NCBI GenBank assembly: GCA_902774175.1
Contig: CACYHG010000002.1
Location: 27,297-91,296 of the forward strand
Direction: 5' to 3'
Origin: an uncultured Bacteroidota bacterium
GTDB taxonomy: Bacteria > Bacteroidota > Bacteroidia > Bacteroidales > WCHB1-69
Length of the DNA: 64,000 nt
Part shown: positions 34,001 through 41,585 of the stretch, in pieces
Layout: every line of letters begins with the position of its first letter
How positions within the stretch are numbered: the first letter of the stretch is position 1
Position numbers and translations under genes: made by a program
Notes under the pieces: generated by a model
What the model saw: only the letters and a program-made list of their open reading frames with translations
What the model was told of the DNA's origin: nothing
Database searches by the model: none

Positions 34001-36758
34001 TAAGGAATCCCTCGGGGTGCATGCAGACGTTGGTGGCGACCAATGGCACGTATATCTTCTCCTCATCGCTGTGGAATATGCCGAGCAGGTTCATGATGGA
34101 GGTGGTGGGGGAGAAATACATATTATTTATTGCCAGCATGAAGTAGTGGCTCTCGTTCATCATGTCGTCGCTGACGCGCAGTGGGAAGGAGAGCACGCCC
34201 GTGGAGACGCTCTCGCCGCGTGCGGGGCCGGCCAGCCCGTTGATCTGGTTGGAATACTTCCCGTATTTTTCCAGCAGCTTCTTTATCTCCTGCTCATCCT
34301 TAAGTTGGGAGGTGAGGCGGTTCTGCTCGTTGCTGCTCAAATTGTTGATGTCGATGCCCAAGTCCAATGAGGAGAGGTAGTCTATGGTGTCGGCTGTGCT
34401 GCTGACGGCAAATCCCTTTATCACCTCGTTGTTCTTGTTTATCCTTATGGAGTCCACGCGCACTTTCAGCCAGCATTCCCCTTTGTGGAACGGCTTCCAT
34501 ACAATGTAGCCCTCGCCGGTGTAGGTGGAGTCCTTCTCGCAGAAGGTGGCGTTCTGCAGCACCAATGGGAACTGCCCGATTTTGAGCCGTGTCTTGTTTT
34601 TTATCAAATCCTTCACGTCGGGGGCGGCGGCTTTGCGCTCCTTGCCCTTCAGCGCATCGGGATGGCACTGGTAGAGGGAGTCCAGCTTGGCGGCATAATG
34701 CTTCTCGTCCACCAGTTTGAAGGTGGCGTACTGGGAACGCCCCTTGTTCACCATCAGGTATTTTTCCGGACTGGTCACGCTTATGTCGATGTAGGCCACA
34801 TACTGCTCCCCGATTTTGAGCGAATCCTTGAACAGGCTGTCCTTGCATTCGGTCTTGAGCAGGTTGGGGTAGAAGAGCAGGGTGTCCTTTATGGCCTTTT
34901 CGCGGGTCTTCCCCTTGGGCAGCTTTGCAATCAGCAGGTGGTACCTGACGGTGTCCAATGCCGATACGTTCTTGGCTCCCTTCCATGAGAATTTGAAGTC
35001 CTTGTATTTTATCACCTCCTCGATTTTGTTCCATGTTGTGTCCTCCGGATCCTTGTCTGTAAGGTCGACAGGGAAGAGGAACTGCGGCGGCAGCAGCTTG
35101 GTGAGCGCACCGCTGTCAATGCCCCACTGGAAAATGATGTGGGATGAGAAGGTGGTGTTGCCGACCATACCGACAATGCTGTCCCTGCTGCCGGAGCTGC
35201 TGCCGAGAGTGTCGGAGAGGTTGGGCACTGTGATGGTTTTGGCGTAGTTGTAGTCGACGGTGGTCAGCAGCCGGACAACATACTGGCTGCCGCTTTTCAG
35301 GCTCTTCTTCCAGCTTTCCGCATCGGTTTCAATCAGTGTGGTGTAGGAGGCGGGGTAGTTCGGGCGCGTGCGGTTGAAGCTCTTTTTCATCAGTGGCTTG
35401 CCGGCGTAGGAGAGGCTCACATCGCCGCCTGCGTATTCGTAAAGCTCCAGCACATATTTGACATGCTCCACGGAGTCTCCGCGCAACGGCATCCAGCCGA
35501 AGCGGAGCGTGGCGGTGTCTGGCAGCTTGTAGAAGGTGTTTTCAATGAAGGGATACTCCTTTTTGCTGCTTGGCTCGTAGCTGGCCTCGTCGCTGAACTG
35601 CTGCCTCACCTTTTCGATTGTCTTCTTGTCCTTGCCCGGGTTCACCATGTAGGGCTGCCGCAGCTGTGCCAGCACCTCGCTCCGGTTGTCCTTCGACTCG
35701 CTCTTGAATTTGCTTCTCCCAGGCTGCGACCTGTTGGCGCGTGTCTTGCTCTCGCCCCAGGTGAAGGCTATGATCTGGCTCACGCCGTTGTTGCCCAGTT
35801 GGGCGGTGATGTTGCTGTTCCTCGGCACCGCCTCGACCACGGCGGCGTAGGAGTGGCCAATCTGAAGCCGGAAGTGTCGGTTGGCAATCGTGTCATGGGT
35901 GTAGTACAGCTTGGTGCCTGTGCGTACTGCGGCCATCACCTGGTTGTTCTTTATGGCGGTCTGCACATTCTGGCTTTCGCCGATCTCGACTATTTTGAGT
36001 ATATATGTGAAGTCGTTCGGGGAAAGGCAGTTGGAAATCACGCCGGTCCAGCGGAAGTTCAGGTTGCGGGTGGGTGTCAGCACGGTATACTGGCTGCTGT
36101 TACGTATGTTGGAGGTGTAGTTTCCTGTTGTGACGGTCCGTTCCAGGAAGCCTTTGGTGTAGTTGTTCTGCAACGGGTTGCTGTTGCTCAGGTTGCCGGG
36201 ACCCTGCCCGATGAGGGGTGAGGTGAACTCCGGCGCGGAGCCGCTGTAGCAGATGGTGAAGCGGCAGCACTGGACCTCTCCGGCACGTATAGGGTTCGTC
36301 ACCTGCTGCTGCCACCGGTATGGGGTCACGCAGATTTCATAGTTGCCTTCGGGAAGCAGCAGCGCCTCCTTCCATGAAATGCCCGACAGCTTCAGCTCAC
36401 TGCCGTTGATGTGTCCGAAGAGCCTGTCTGCGTCCGCACGTGTGATCTGCTTTGTCTCGCCCGGTGAAAGGGTGAGTGGCTGCATTGGCGGACGGTCGGT
36501 AGGTGTGGCCAGGTTGAACTGCTTGCCCGACGCGCTGTAGTCGCAGTGGATGGTGAAGCCGAAATAGACATCCTGTTGCTGGCTGGAGGTGTTTGTCACC
36601 AGAATGTTGAAATATTTCAGAGGATTTTCCGTATATGCCACTCCTGAGGAGGGGAAGTTCCTCACCTTGGGTGTGACGGTCACATTAACCTGCGCCTGTG
36701 CGCCGTAATGCAGGCAGGCAAGAGTTATACATACACAAATGGTGAATATTCTTTTCAT
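28053..36758 (-). CDS. Giant (2901 aa) signal-peptide-bearing protein of unknown function
   Basis: An uninterrupted 8.7-kb ORF with signal peptide MKRIFTICVCITLACLHYGAQAQ. The N-terminal region has repeated F-x-W...Y-x-L-x-I...G-x-x-Y-x-x-x-V modules. Two Lys/Glu-rich stretches are present. A central Gly-rich amphipathic-strand region includes GFGGLGGEEKETFAIGAEAGF and LTGLGGGFAYNM. The C-terminus is Tyr/Trp-rich and ends ...SSDYSF. There is no T9SS tail. Confidence 0.85.
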   Translation of the reverse strand: MKRIFTICVCITLACLHYGAQAQVNVTVTPKVRNFPSSGVAYTENPLKYFNILVTNTSSQQQDVYFGFTIHCDYSASGKQFNLATPTDRPPMQPLTLSPGETKQITRADADRLFGHINGSELKLSGISWKEALLLPEGNYEICVTPYRWQQQVTNPIRAGEVQCCRFTICYSGSAPEFTSPLIGQGPGNLSNSNPLQNNYTKGFLERTVTTGNYTSNIRNSSQYTVLTPTRNLNFRWTGVISNCLSPNDFTYILKIVEIGESQNVQTAIKNNQVMAAVRTGTKLYYTHDTIANRHFRLQIGHSYAAVVEAVPRNSNITAQLGNNGVSQIIAFTWGESKTRANRSQPGRSKFKSESKDNRSEVLAQLRQPYMVNPGKDKKTIEKVRQQFSDEASYEPSSKKEYPFIENTFYKLPDTATLRFGWMPLRGDSVEHVKYVLELYEYAGGDVSLSYAGKPLMKKSFNRTRPNYPASYTTLIETDAESWKKSLKSGSQYVVRLLTTVDYNYAKTITVPNLSDTLGSSSGSRDSIVGMVGNTTFSSHIIFQWGIDSGALTKLLPPQFLFPVDLTDKDPEDTTWNKIEEVIKYKDFKFSWKGAKNVSALDTVRYHLLIAKLPKGKTREKAIKDTLLFYPNLLKTECKDSLFKDSLKIGEQYVAYIDISVTSPEKYLMVNKGRSQYATFKLVDEKHYAAKLDSLYQCHPDALKGKERKAAAPDVKDLIKNKTRLKIGQFPLVLQNATFCEKDSTYTGEGYIVWKPFHKGECWLKVRVDSIRINKNNEVIKGFAVSSTADTIDYLSSLDLGIDINNLSSNEQNRLTSQLKDEQEIKKLLEKYGKYSNQINGLAGPARGESVSTGVLSFPLRVSDDMMNESHYFMLAINNMYFSPTTSIMNLLGIFHSDEEKIYVPLVATNVCMHPEGFLKECGKGIYMFLAQNYDIDLTDGYKTRFRRATTLGVPKDGTFLLVDTGGFKEMNVQLEFEMGSELMAINPASGTPEKKPVYASITANFASWGDWYGKVNMDPFAIDGCETFSFYPAGKGIYYDHSQKRTPADVKFPAGYFGEKVMTAEEKKAEEEKVKKMSASEKEAYNKKKKEENEKLQGSKKEWTGFYWDLCEVFLSDDISNTFVDTSGHDKATKDSMVVYKYGINGTLTDSSHYYYPGTRIHFGTNGLIIDKNGFSAEIFARDILRAETDKGGGWKFSLDTVQLDFEKNKYKMGHVRGRFGVPLFKGDFNYDCAVAHDSLDFTIFVDDSILKLDLWAANVIFDSKSSHFLIHKTFKEKQTKFDLTMNGKINIDFNKLDLPVNFTLVKFEHMGMRNYNYQKAENKGVKTSGFEWDFGEWSWASPQKTMGGAASDGNGEVATGSFGGFSFSLKTMEPYTEMVDTKKMKIGIAIAGKIGFGGLGGEEKETFAIGAEAGFKIWGVVNLKKDFEVSNVGGEVDSIGLNTDLTVFHLKGKLYLFRNDATYGNGFSGKLAVTMMDKVTVDMEGGFGSSTSNGSKYNWWYFQGAAKFSGTGIPLGPINLTGLGGGFAYNMDSKSSLTSFDAKKLLNSTTQKSVGGNMIQSTGMAFKPSKGSWVAKAGVSLAMANENLLNADGYLTLRISKGHFSGIFLNVSAYAMTKFKKDVPAGDGNNNSNALLKAQGIIGYERTATYNYFRLSLGVSSDISLANIITGGSAVPNFVDKVTKSVSYGGAAITNATGISLPTDKDYKGSAKQGADSKNNNFFDVKMSLYVPIDLEVMNYKKDTVKNGTRKKKNTTDWYFSIGKPNADECVRFEMSSNLLDILTSKATFTMYLMTGNSFAYSLPPLDDEVQEFFFGKKDKGKDVQGMNENKVSNARKVSNANMISIKDGGGFVMGATFKAKMEYSFLLYVKIMASLGFDVALLDVGNSGCAGYSQIGKNNFYAMGRVYAMLAGSVGLRLNLGFWKGDIELLKAGIGALLEGGAPNPTWAYGLLKLKVSLLNGLCKISTSVDFKAGDVCIPGADDPLANVKLFQNVSPAFTYADANKEANIVSPFARGAIVSNMPWDEDVVLVEGQEKDAKARRFRFVLWTPDISYQIYEGSAWKNQKMEFERSTRDENVYYFEHEDGGFPASRWNKVRLKARAFEWRTYNSKLTNAKTDFPYNLTTFKKKTTHSQYNCDWYDPEFNDGQTSKNAKRYSKAYSADTTFYFVTEAKPSTLKGQVVYTWPYNGDCIFPLNEFPTAHCSKDGKSHPTAYIYLNNKRPDLLNQNELKKQGKELRVFLVKQGGEISQTGTECNFDYVESGSLPRIRVFLPSSIKSGYDYKIKMIMVNSEEYKKNKQAALAENSMSNQQASVKYKNELKKRNLDQEKQKYIDDRSTTVKKKKDGKWYTEKKTYQLSDVEKKQFQAMTDYKNTYGSKDTAMLYKRAQLNEFKLCNQSGTAIYTLYFHTVSGNYRDMISQNASKLNSWLTAYPSSAVVSTEVITTRTDVSQSCPISMNKFMTLFVPYETDDPEMYANGIVLPPIAYFCIDRQKSATTDLMLYRHKVLTGDFVKMSNAFKNTRRECSFYGEKSPSNSLRTWKDNSGVNATAAQNVLSAGFKKSSDKFKAIDYRRPVSSGAYSYQPASYFPECSFDSYGNVKDWSAPSIITLYTNGTIPRVDEVRFSSSTYDNRNWASTFYWEDHAIPAICDDVDKLFNFFQECNRYARWFTGRGYSHKWDYLRYYQKNGNYDKCFTVDGFPYKVPFLYIPTHFFQMSNKMVYCYYVSSYKLGKSYSFPSEVSQYGYYIKDYAWGRYWWHFNNFKYSTNDGIATAIYDDKSSKSYRSDWYDMNGTLHPKSYVFDYTYSPGFLRYVYLDILYTSFDEKAYPDRYYIFMPEDHLGSIAKMVSRKEADALNFRFTHMYDANYLWYYKISQKYFQTILISEMLRLYDRSSDYSF

Positions 36759-36778
36759 ATATCTGTAGCTTTTTGGTT

Positions 36779-38650
36779 CTATCTGTTATTTTTCTTTTCC
36801 AGTTTGGAGGCCCTTTTTGCCAGTTTCTGCTCCTTGCTCTTCTTTTTTATCAGCTCCTTCCCGAAGGAATAGGAGTAGGAGAAGGTGAGGCGGAGGTCAA
36901 GGTCGGTGGCGATGCGCTGCCCGATGATGACATTGTCGCTGTAGTTGCTCAGTGATAGATATAGCGAGGCGTTGTGCTTCCGGTTAAGGCTGAAGCTGCC
37001 GCCCAGACTGTTGCTGATAGAGAAGTTGTTGTTCACACCCTCGTCTAACTGGATGTTGTAGCCGACCGAGCCGTTGTAGTTGACCGACAAGTCCTTTTTC
37101 TCGTCAGAGAGAATGGAGTAGTTGCAGCCGTAGCCGATTGAGTGGGTGTTGCAGTTGCCAATCTCCGCCGCCCTGGATTGGGAGTAATCGTAGCTGGCAT
37201 TCAGCCCCAGTTTGATGGCTTCAATGGTTATGTCATAGCCGAGCCCGAAGGTGGTGGTCTTGATATCTAAAGGAATATAGTATGCCATGTTCAGGTTTGC
37301 ATTCTGGACATAATTGAAGTTCAGGGAGATGTCGTGCGTGTTCCTGCCTGAAATGGTGAAGACGGGCGAGATTGACAGCGTGTGCGCTATCTGGTCGATG
37401 CGGATGCTGTCGGGGGCGATGCAGGTGCCATTGAGCATATCCTGCTTTATGCCGTTGTAGTTGGCGTTGAATGAAAACCAGTCGCATGGGTTGTCGGTCC
37501 AGTTGACGGTGTAGGTGAGCACGCGGTTGGTGTACATCTGCCGTTGGTTCAGGTTGTCCTGCTGTCCGTAGGCGATAAGCGACAGGTTGGAGCGGCCTTT
37601 GAAAAGCCGGAAGTTGGTCGTCGCGCCCACGCTCTGGCTGTTCTGGCTGAAATAGCCTGCGCCGAGCGAGACGTAGTCAGGCTGGATAAAACGGTAGCTC
37701 AGGCTTCCGCCGAAGGTCTTTGTGTTGAAATTGACGGCGGCGTCACCGGCGAAGCGCAGTATGGAGCTGGTGCGCACCCCATAGAGCGGCTCCAGTTTGG
37801 TAAGGATGTTCGTGTTCTCTCCAAGGTCGAGCAGCTTGTCCTGCTTGTTGTCCGTGTAGAGGCTTGCCCCGATGTTGGCGGTGAAGGCCACCCATTTGCC
37901 GATTGAAATGCGTCCTGAAAGGCCGAGTGCAAGGTTCTCCTTCTGACGGATGGAATCCCTCCATTCCTCAGGAAGTGTCTTTTCTGCATCCTCCGCCTTC
38001 AACAGGCTGAAATCAATGAAGTTGCGTTCGCTTCCGAGACCCAATTTGACTCCGTAGGCGTTTCGCCGGTATTGCGGCAGGTTGCCCTCCGGCACGTTCA
38101 GGCCGAGCAGCGAGTCGCGCAGCCGCTGGAAGGCTGTGCGGTCGTCGTAACCCCTGATTTTTGTCGCCTGGTTCAGCAGTCCGCCGAAGGCCGCCGCCCT
38201 CAGCACCTTGCCCTGGTATTCCGCACCGAGCCCCAGAAACTGCAGCCCGGAATAGGTGTAGTTTGAAAAGTGCATGCTGCTGCTTCCCACATGCAGCCGG
38301 AAGCGGTTCCAGGTCGGCGTGAAGCCGAGCGAAAGGGTGGGCATCTGCGGATAGTCAAAGGAGGTGGTGTTGTTTGTCAGGTAGAAGGAGAAGGGCAGCT
38401 CAAAACTGTAGAATGAGAGGTTGAGGTTTGCGTACAGTGTGGATGAGAATGGGGTGGAGTTCGGCTGGAGCGAGTTGTATGATAACCCCAGATGCGTCCC
38501 TACCTTTCCCGACACCACGACAGGGTCGGCCTCTTTGACCGATTCTACGCGGTCGCGTATTTGGGCATCGGCTTCAGGACAAAGAAAAATGAGCGCCCCG
38601 ACGGCCAATGTACCTCCGATTAAGTTTCTGATTGTATATAAAAACCTCAT
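36779..38650 (-). CDS. Predicted outer-membrane beta-barrel protein (623 aa) with C-terminal poly-Lys tail, encoded 20 nt upstream of the giant gene
   Basis: Signal peptide MRFLYTIRNLIGGTLAVGALIFLCPEADAQ (ATG at 38650). Amphipathic strands run throughout. The last strand LRLTFSYSYSF is followed by GKELIKKKSKEQKLAKRASKLEKKNNR. Confidence 0.7.
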   Translation of the reverse strand: MRFLYTIRNLIGGTLAVGALIFLCPEADAQIRDRVESVKEADPVVVSGKVGTHLGLSYNSLQPNSTPFSSTLYANLNLSFYSFELPFSFYLTNNTTSFDYPQMPTLSLGFTPTWNRFRLHVGSSSMHFSNYTYSGLQFLGLGAEYQGKVLRAAAFGGLLNQATKIRGYDDRTAFQRLRDSLLGLNVPEGNLPQYRRNAYGVKLGLGSERNFIDFSLLKAEDAEKTLPEEWRDSIRQKENLALGLSGRISIGKWVAFTANIGASLYTDNKQDKLLDLGENTNILTKLEPLYGVRTSSILRFAGDAAVNFNTKTFGGSLSYRFIQPDYVSLGAGYFSQNSQSVGATTNFRLFKGRSNLSLIAYGQQDNLNQRQMYTNRVLTYTVNWTDNPCDWFSFNANYNGIKQDMLNGTCIAPDSIRIDQIAHTLSISPVFTISGRNTHDISLNFNYVQNANLNMAYYIPLDIKTTTFGLGYDITIEAIKLGLNASYDYSQSRAAEIGNCNTHSIGYGCNYSILSDEKKDLSVNYNGSVGYNIQLDEGVNNNFSISNSLGGSFSLNRKHNASLYLSLSNYSDNVIIGQRIATDLDLRLTFSYSYSFGKELIKKKSKEQKLAKRASKLEKKNNR

Positions 38651-38695
38651 TATTAAAGCAAATATTGATACGGGTGCCGAAAATAATCCAAAGTG

Positions 38696-38703
38696 CAAAG
38701 ATA
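38696..38703 (-). promoter_or_regulatory. -7 box (TATCTTTG) for the beta-barrel/giant-protein operon
   Basis: The plus strand reads caaagata, 46 nt upstream of the ATG at 38650. Confidence 0.45.
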
Positions 38704-38775
38704 ATAAAAAAACTTTTTGAATAGTCGTGAAAAATGAAAAATGTGCTGAAATAGTTATCGTATTGAAAAAAGTCG

Positions 38776-38783
38776 TATATTTG
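38776..38783 (+). promoter_or_regulatory. -7 box TATATTTG for the 38851 gene
   Basis: tatatttg lies 68 nt upstream of the ATG at 38851. Confidence 0.4.
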
Positions 38784-38850
38784 CTTTTTCATTCTTGGAA
38801 TGGTAAAATATTTATTTGTAGCTATTTGTAATTATAAAAAACAGACAATC

Positions 38851-39987
38851 ATGTGGAAAAACACCCTTATGCTCCTGTTGCTCTCCTGCTTCATGCCGCT
38901 ATTGCAGGCCCAATACCGTGTGATTCCCGTGCATCGTGGGGATACGCTGACAGCCCGTCTGTCCGAGGGTTTTTTCTATTCGCTTCCGCGTAACTACTTT
39001 GAGGTGAGTGTCACGCTTTGCAAGACCAACCGCTATCCCGGCCCGTTCGCCGAATATGCCGAGCGGATGCTTGGACTTTCCGGAGCCATCATGGAGCCTT
39101 CGGTCGAATATGCCGTCAAGAGTGTCCATGTAAGGCTGATGGCCGAAAGCGACACGGCGCAGCAGTATTTTGTGGAATATCCTAAGAAGGGTGAGGCCCT
39201 GCCTGTAATCTGGAGCCAGCCTGCCGTGGTTACTGAGGGCGGCATCGGTTTTCCGAGCCCCAACGCGCAGGCGCGTGCGCAGTTCGAGATGTATGACAAC
39301 TACACACTGGTCGAGAAAGTCGACACTGTATACGAGCAGCGGATGGTCGATTCCGTGCCGGTGATGGTGCCGAAAATCCGGAAAAAGCTGGTTGAGAAAA
39401 CTACCGCGCAACGTGCCGAGGAGGCTCTTGCGAAAATCAAGTCCATCCGCGAGGCGCAGTGGCTCCTGCTGACCGGCGACCATGAGGTTGATTTCTCCCA
39501 TCTTGAGCAGATGCTCTCCGAGCTGAAGAAGGAGGAGGAGACCTACCTGTCGCTCTATTCAGGCTTCTCCGTCACGGAGGAGGAAGAGGTGGTCTTTGCG
39601 GTGCGGCTTCCCGCCGACAAGCGTGACGGCTACCTGATTCCGCTCTTCACCTTCACGCCGGATGAGGGGATTGTGCGCGGCATCGCCGCAAAAAAGGAGG
39701 GTGAGATATACCAGCTCGCACTGGACAACTGCCACTACACCGACGCACCGGCAAACATGTCGGAGCAGCGGCTGCAGCAGCGGAAGAGCCGCAACAGTAA
39801 CCTCTACTGCCGTGTGCCGGAGTACTATTCTGTCATGCTGATGCGTTCGTCCCGCGTGATACGCGAGCTTGGTGTGATGCCGATAAGCCAGTTCGGCTTC
39901 GTATGTCCGCTCCCCGCACGCACACGCTCGGTGGAGCTTGACCCTCTGACCGGCGCGCAGTGTGACATAATTTTTTCAGAAAAATAA
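38851..39987 (+). CDS. Hypothetical secreted protein (378 aa)
   Basis: Signal peptide MWKNTLMLLLLSCFMPLLQAQ. I recognise no motif with confidence. Confidence 0.65.
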   Translation: MWKNTLMLLLLSCFMPLLQAQYRVIPVHRGDTLTARLSEGFFYSLPRNYFEVSVTLCKTNRYPGPFAEYAERMLGLSGAIMEPSVEYAVKSVHVRLMAESDTAQQYFVEYPKKGEALPVIWSQPAVVTEGGIGFPSPNAQARAQFEMYDNYTLVEKVDTVYEQRMVDSVPVMVPKIRKKLVEKTTAQRAEEALAKIKSIREAQWLLLTGDHEVDFSHLEQMLSELKKEEETYLSLYSGFSVTEEEEVVFAVRLPADKRDGYLIPLFTFTPDEGIVRGIAAKKEGEIYQLALDNCHYTDAPANMSEQRLQQRKSRNSNLYCRVPEYYSVMLMRSSRVIRELGVMPISQFGFVCPLPARTRSVELDPLTGAQCDIIFSEK

Positions 39988-40008
39988 TAACACATTAATA
40001 TTAATATC

Positions 40009-40980
40009 ATGGTATCGTACAAAGAATTGGGTTTAGTTAATTCCCGCGAGATGTTTCAGAAGGCGATGGCCGGAAAATATGCCATTCCCGCCTTTAATTT
40101 CAACAACATGGAGCAGCTTCAGGCCATCATCATGGCGTGTGTTGAGACCAAGTCGCCTGTGATCCTGCAGGTTTCCAGCGGAGCACGCAAGTATGCCAAC
40201 CAGAATCTGCTGAAAAACATGGCCAAGGGCGCCACGGAGTATGCCCATGAACTGGGTTGCGACATTCCCATCGTGCTGCATCTGGACCACGGCGATTCCT
40301 TTGAACTTTGCAAGTCCTGCATCGAGACCGGTTTCTCCTCAGTCATGATTGACGGTTCGCACCTGCCTTATGAGGAGAACATCGCCCTGACCCGCAAGGT
40401 TGTGGAATATGCCCATCCGTTCGATGTGACGGTGGAGGGCGAACTGGGTGTGCTTGCCGGCATCGAGGACGAGGTCAGCGCCGAGCACCATACCTACACA
40501 CGTCCTGAGGAGGTCGAGGATTTTGTAAAACGCACCAACGTGGATTCGCTGGCAATCTCCATCGGGACCTCACACGGGGCCTTCAAGTTCAAGGTGAAAC
40601 CGGGCGAATCGATCCCGCCGTTGCGTTTCGACATCCTTGAGGAGGTTGAGAAGCGGATTCCGGGCTTCCCGATCGTGCTGCACGGAGCCTCTTCCGTACC
40701 GCAGGACATTGTTGCAGAAATCAACAAGTATGGCGGTGACATCCAGAATTCCGCCGGTGTGCCTGAGGAGCAGCTGCGCCGTGCCGCCTCTTCCGCCGTC
40801 TGCAAAATCAACATCGATTCGGACGGAAGGCTTGCAATGACCGCTGCAATCCGCAAGGTTCTGACGGAAAAGCCGGGAGAATTCGATCCGAGAAAATATC
40901 TCGGCCCTGCCCGCGAGAAACTGAAAGAGCTCTATATCCATAAAATCAATAATGTGCTGGGCAGCGCCAACCGCGTCTGA
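40009..40980 (+). CDS. fba: Class II fructose-1,6-bisphosphate aldolase
   Basis: YAIPAFNFNNMEQLQAIIMACVETKSPVILQVS, LHLDHG, GELG and TSHGAFKF motifs. Confidence 0.9.
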   Translation: MVSYKELGLVNSREMFQKAMAGKYAIPAFNFNNMEQLQAIIMACVETKSPVILQVSSGARKYANQNLLKNMAKGATEYAHELGCDIPIVLHLDHGDSFELCKSCIETGFSSVMIDGSHLPYEENIALTRKVVEYAHPFDVTVEGELGVLAGIEDEVSAEHHTYTRPEEVEDFVKRTNVDSLAISIGTSHGAFKFKVKPGESIPPLRFDILEEVEKRIPGFPIVLHGASSVPQDIVAEINKYGGDIQNSAGVPEEQLRRAASSAVCKINIDSDGRLAMTAAIRKVLTEKPGEFDPRKYLGPAREKLKELYIHKINNVLGSANRV

Positions 40981-41003
40981 CCTGTCGCAAAGTCAATTTG
41001 CCG

Positions 41004-41525
41004 ATGAATCCGTTCCAAAGGCGATATTTCTCAAAGATGCTGCGGCAGCAGCCGGCACCGCGTCCGAGCGAGGCGGTGCCGAGGCTGTCGGAGTGCGGCT
41101 GCATCTGCCTGCTCAGCCGTTACACCTCCGAACCTGAAATGCTTCGGGACTGGGAGGTGATAAAGGCCTTCCATCAGGATTTCCAGATGGTGCTCTTCTA
41201 TGAGGGTAAGCCGTATCAGGGTTTGATATTCAATAAATTGAATGTAATTCCCTTTGCCGCCTCCAATTTCAACTTTTTCGGAAGGGTGCCGGCCGATGCG
41301 CTGGACAAGGTGCTGTCGAGGCATTACAGGCTGATGGTTAATACGGTTACCGGTATGGATGACCGTCTGGCAATGCTTCACCGCTGGATTCCCGCCGATT
41401 TCAAGGTGGGTCGTGGCGCCGCATACGGCAGTCTCAATGACTTGAGCCTGATACTTGATGATGAGGCGGATCTGCGCGCCTACCTTGACAATGTCAAGGC
41501 CTATCTGGAACGTTTGAACGGGTAA
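41004..41525 (+). CDS. Hypothetical protein (173 aa)
   Basis: An ORF with genome-typical composition. The first ATG is at 41004; the track start at 40998 is TTG. I recognise no family. Confidence 0.55.
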   Translation: MNPFQRRYFSKMLRQQPAPRPSEAVPRLSECGCICLLSRYTSEPEMLRDWEVIKAFHQDFQMVLFYEGKPYQGLIFNKLNVIPFAASNFNFFGRVPADALDKVLSRHYRLMVNTVTGMDDRLAMLHRWIPADFKVGRGAAYGSLNDLSLILDDEADLRAYLDNVKAYLERLNG

Positions 41526-41585
41526 GCGGAGGCGGCCGGATGGCAGGTTCGCCGTCCGTCTCCGGAATTTGTTTTCCGAATCTGC

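Noticed and set aside
28053-36758. The giant protein as the T9SS translocon SprA/Sov
   Set aside because: The size class is similar, but I do not recognise SprA-like sequence. The gene is operonic with a separate barrel, which is not the SprA context I know. This cannot be excluded without an HMM search, so it is listed as a refutation test instead.
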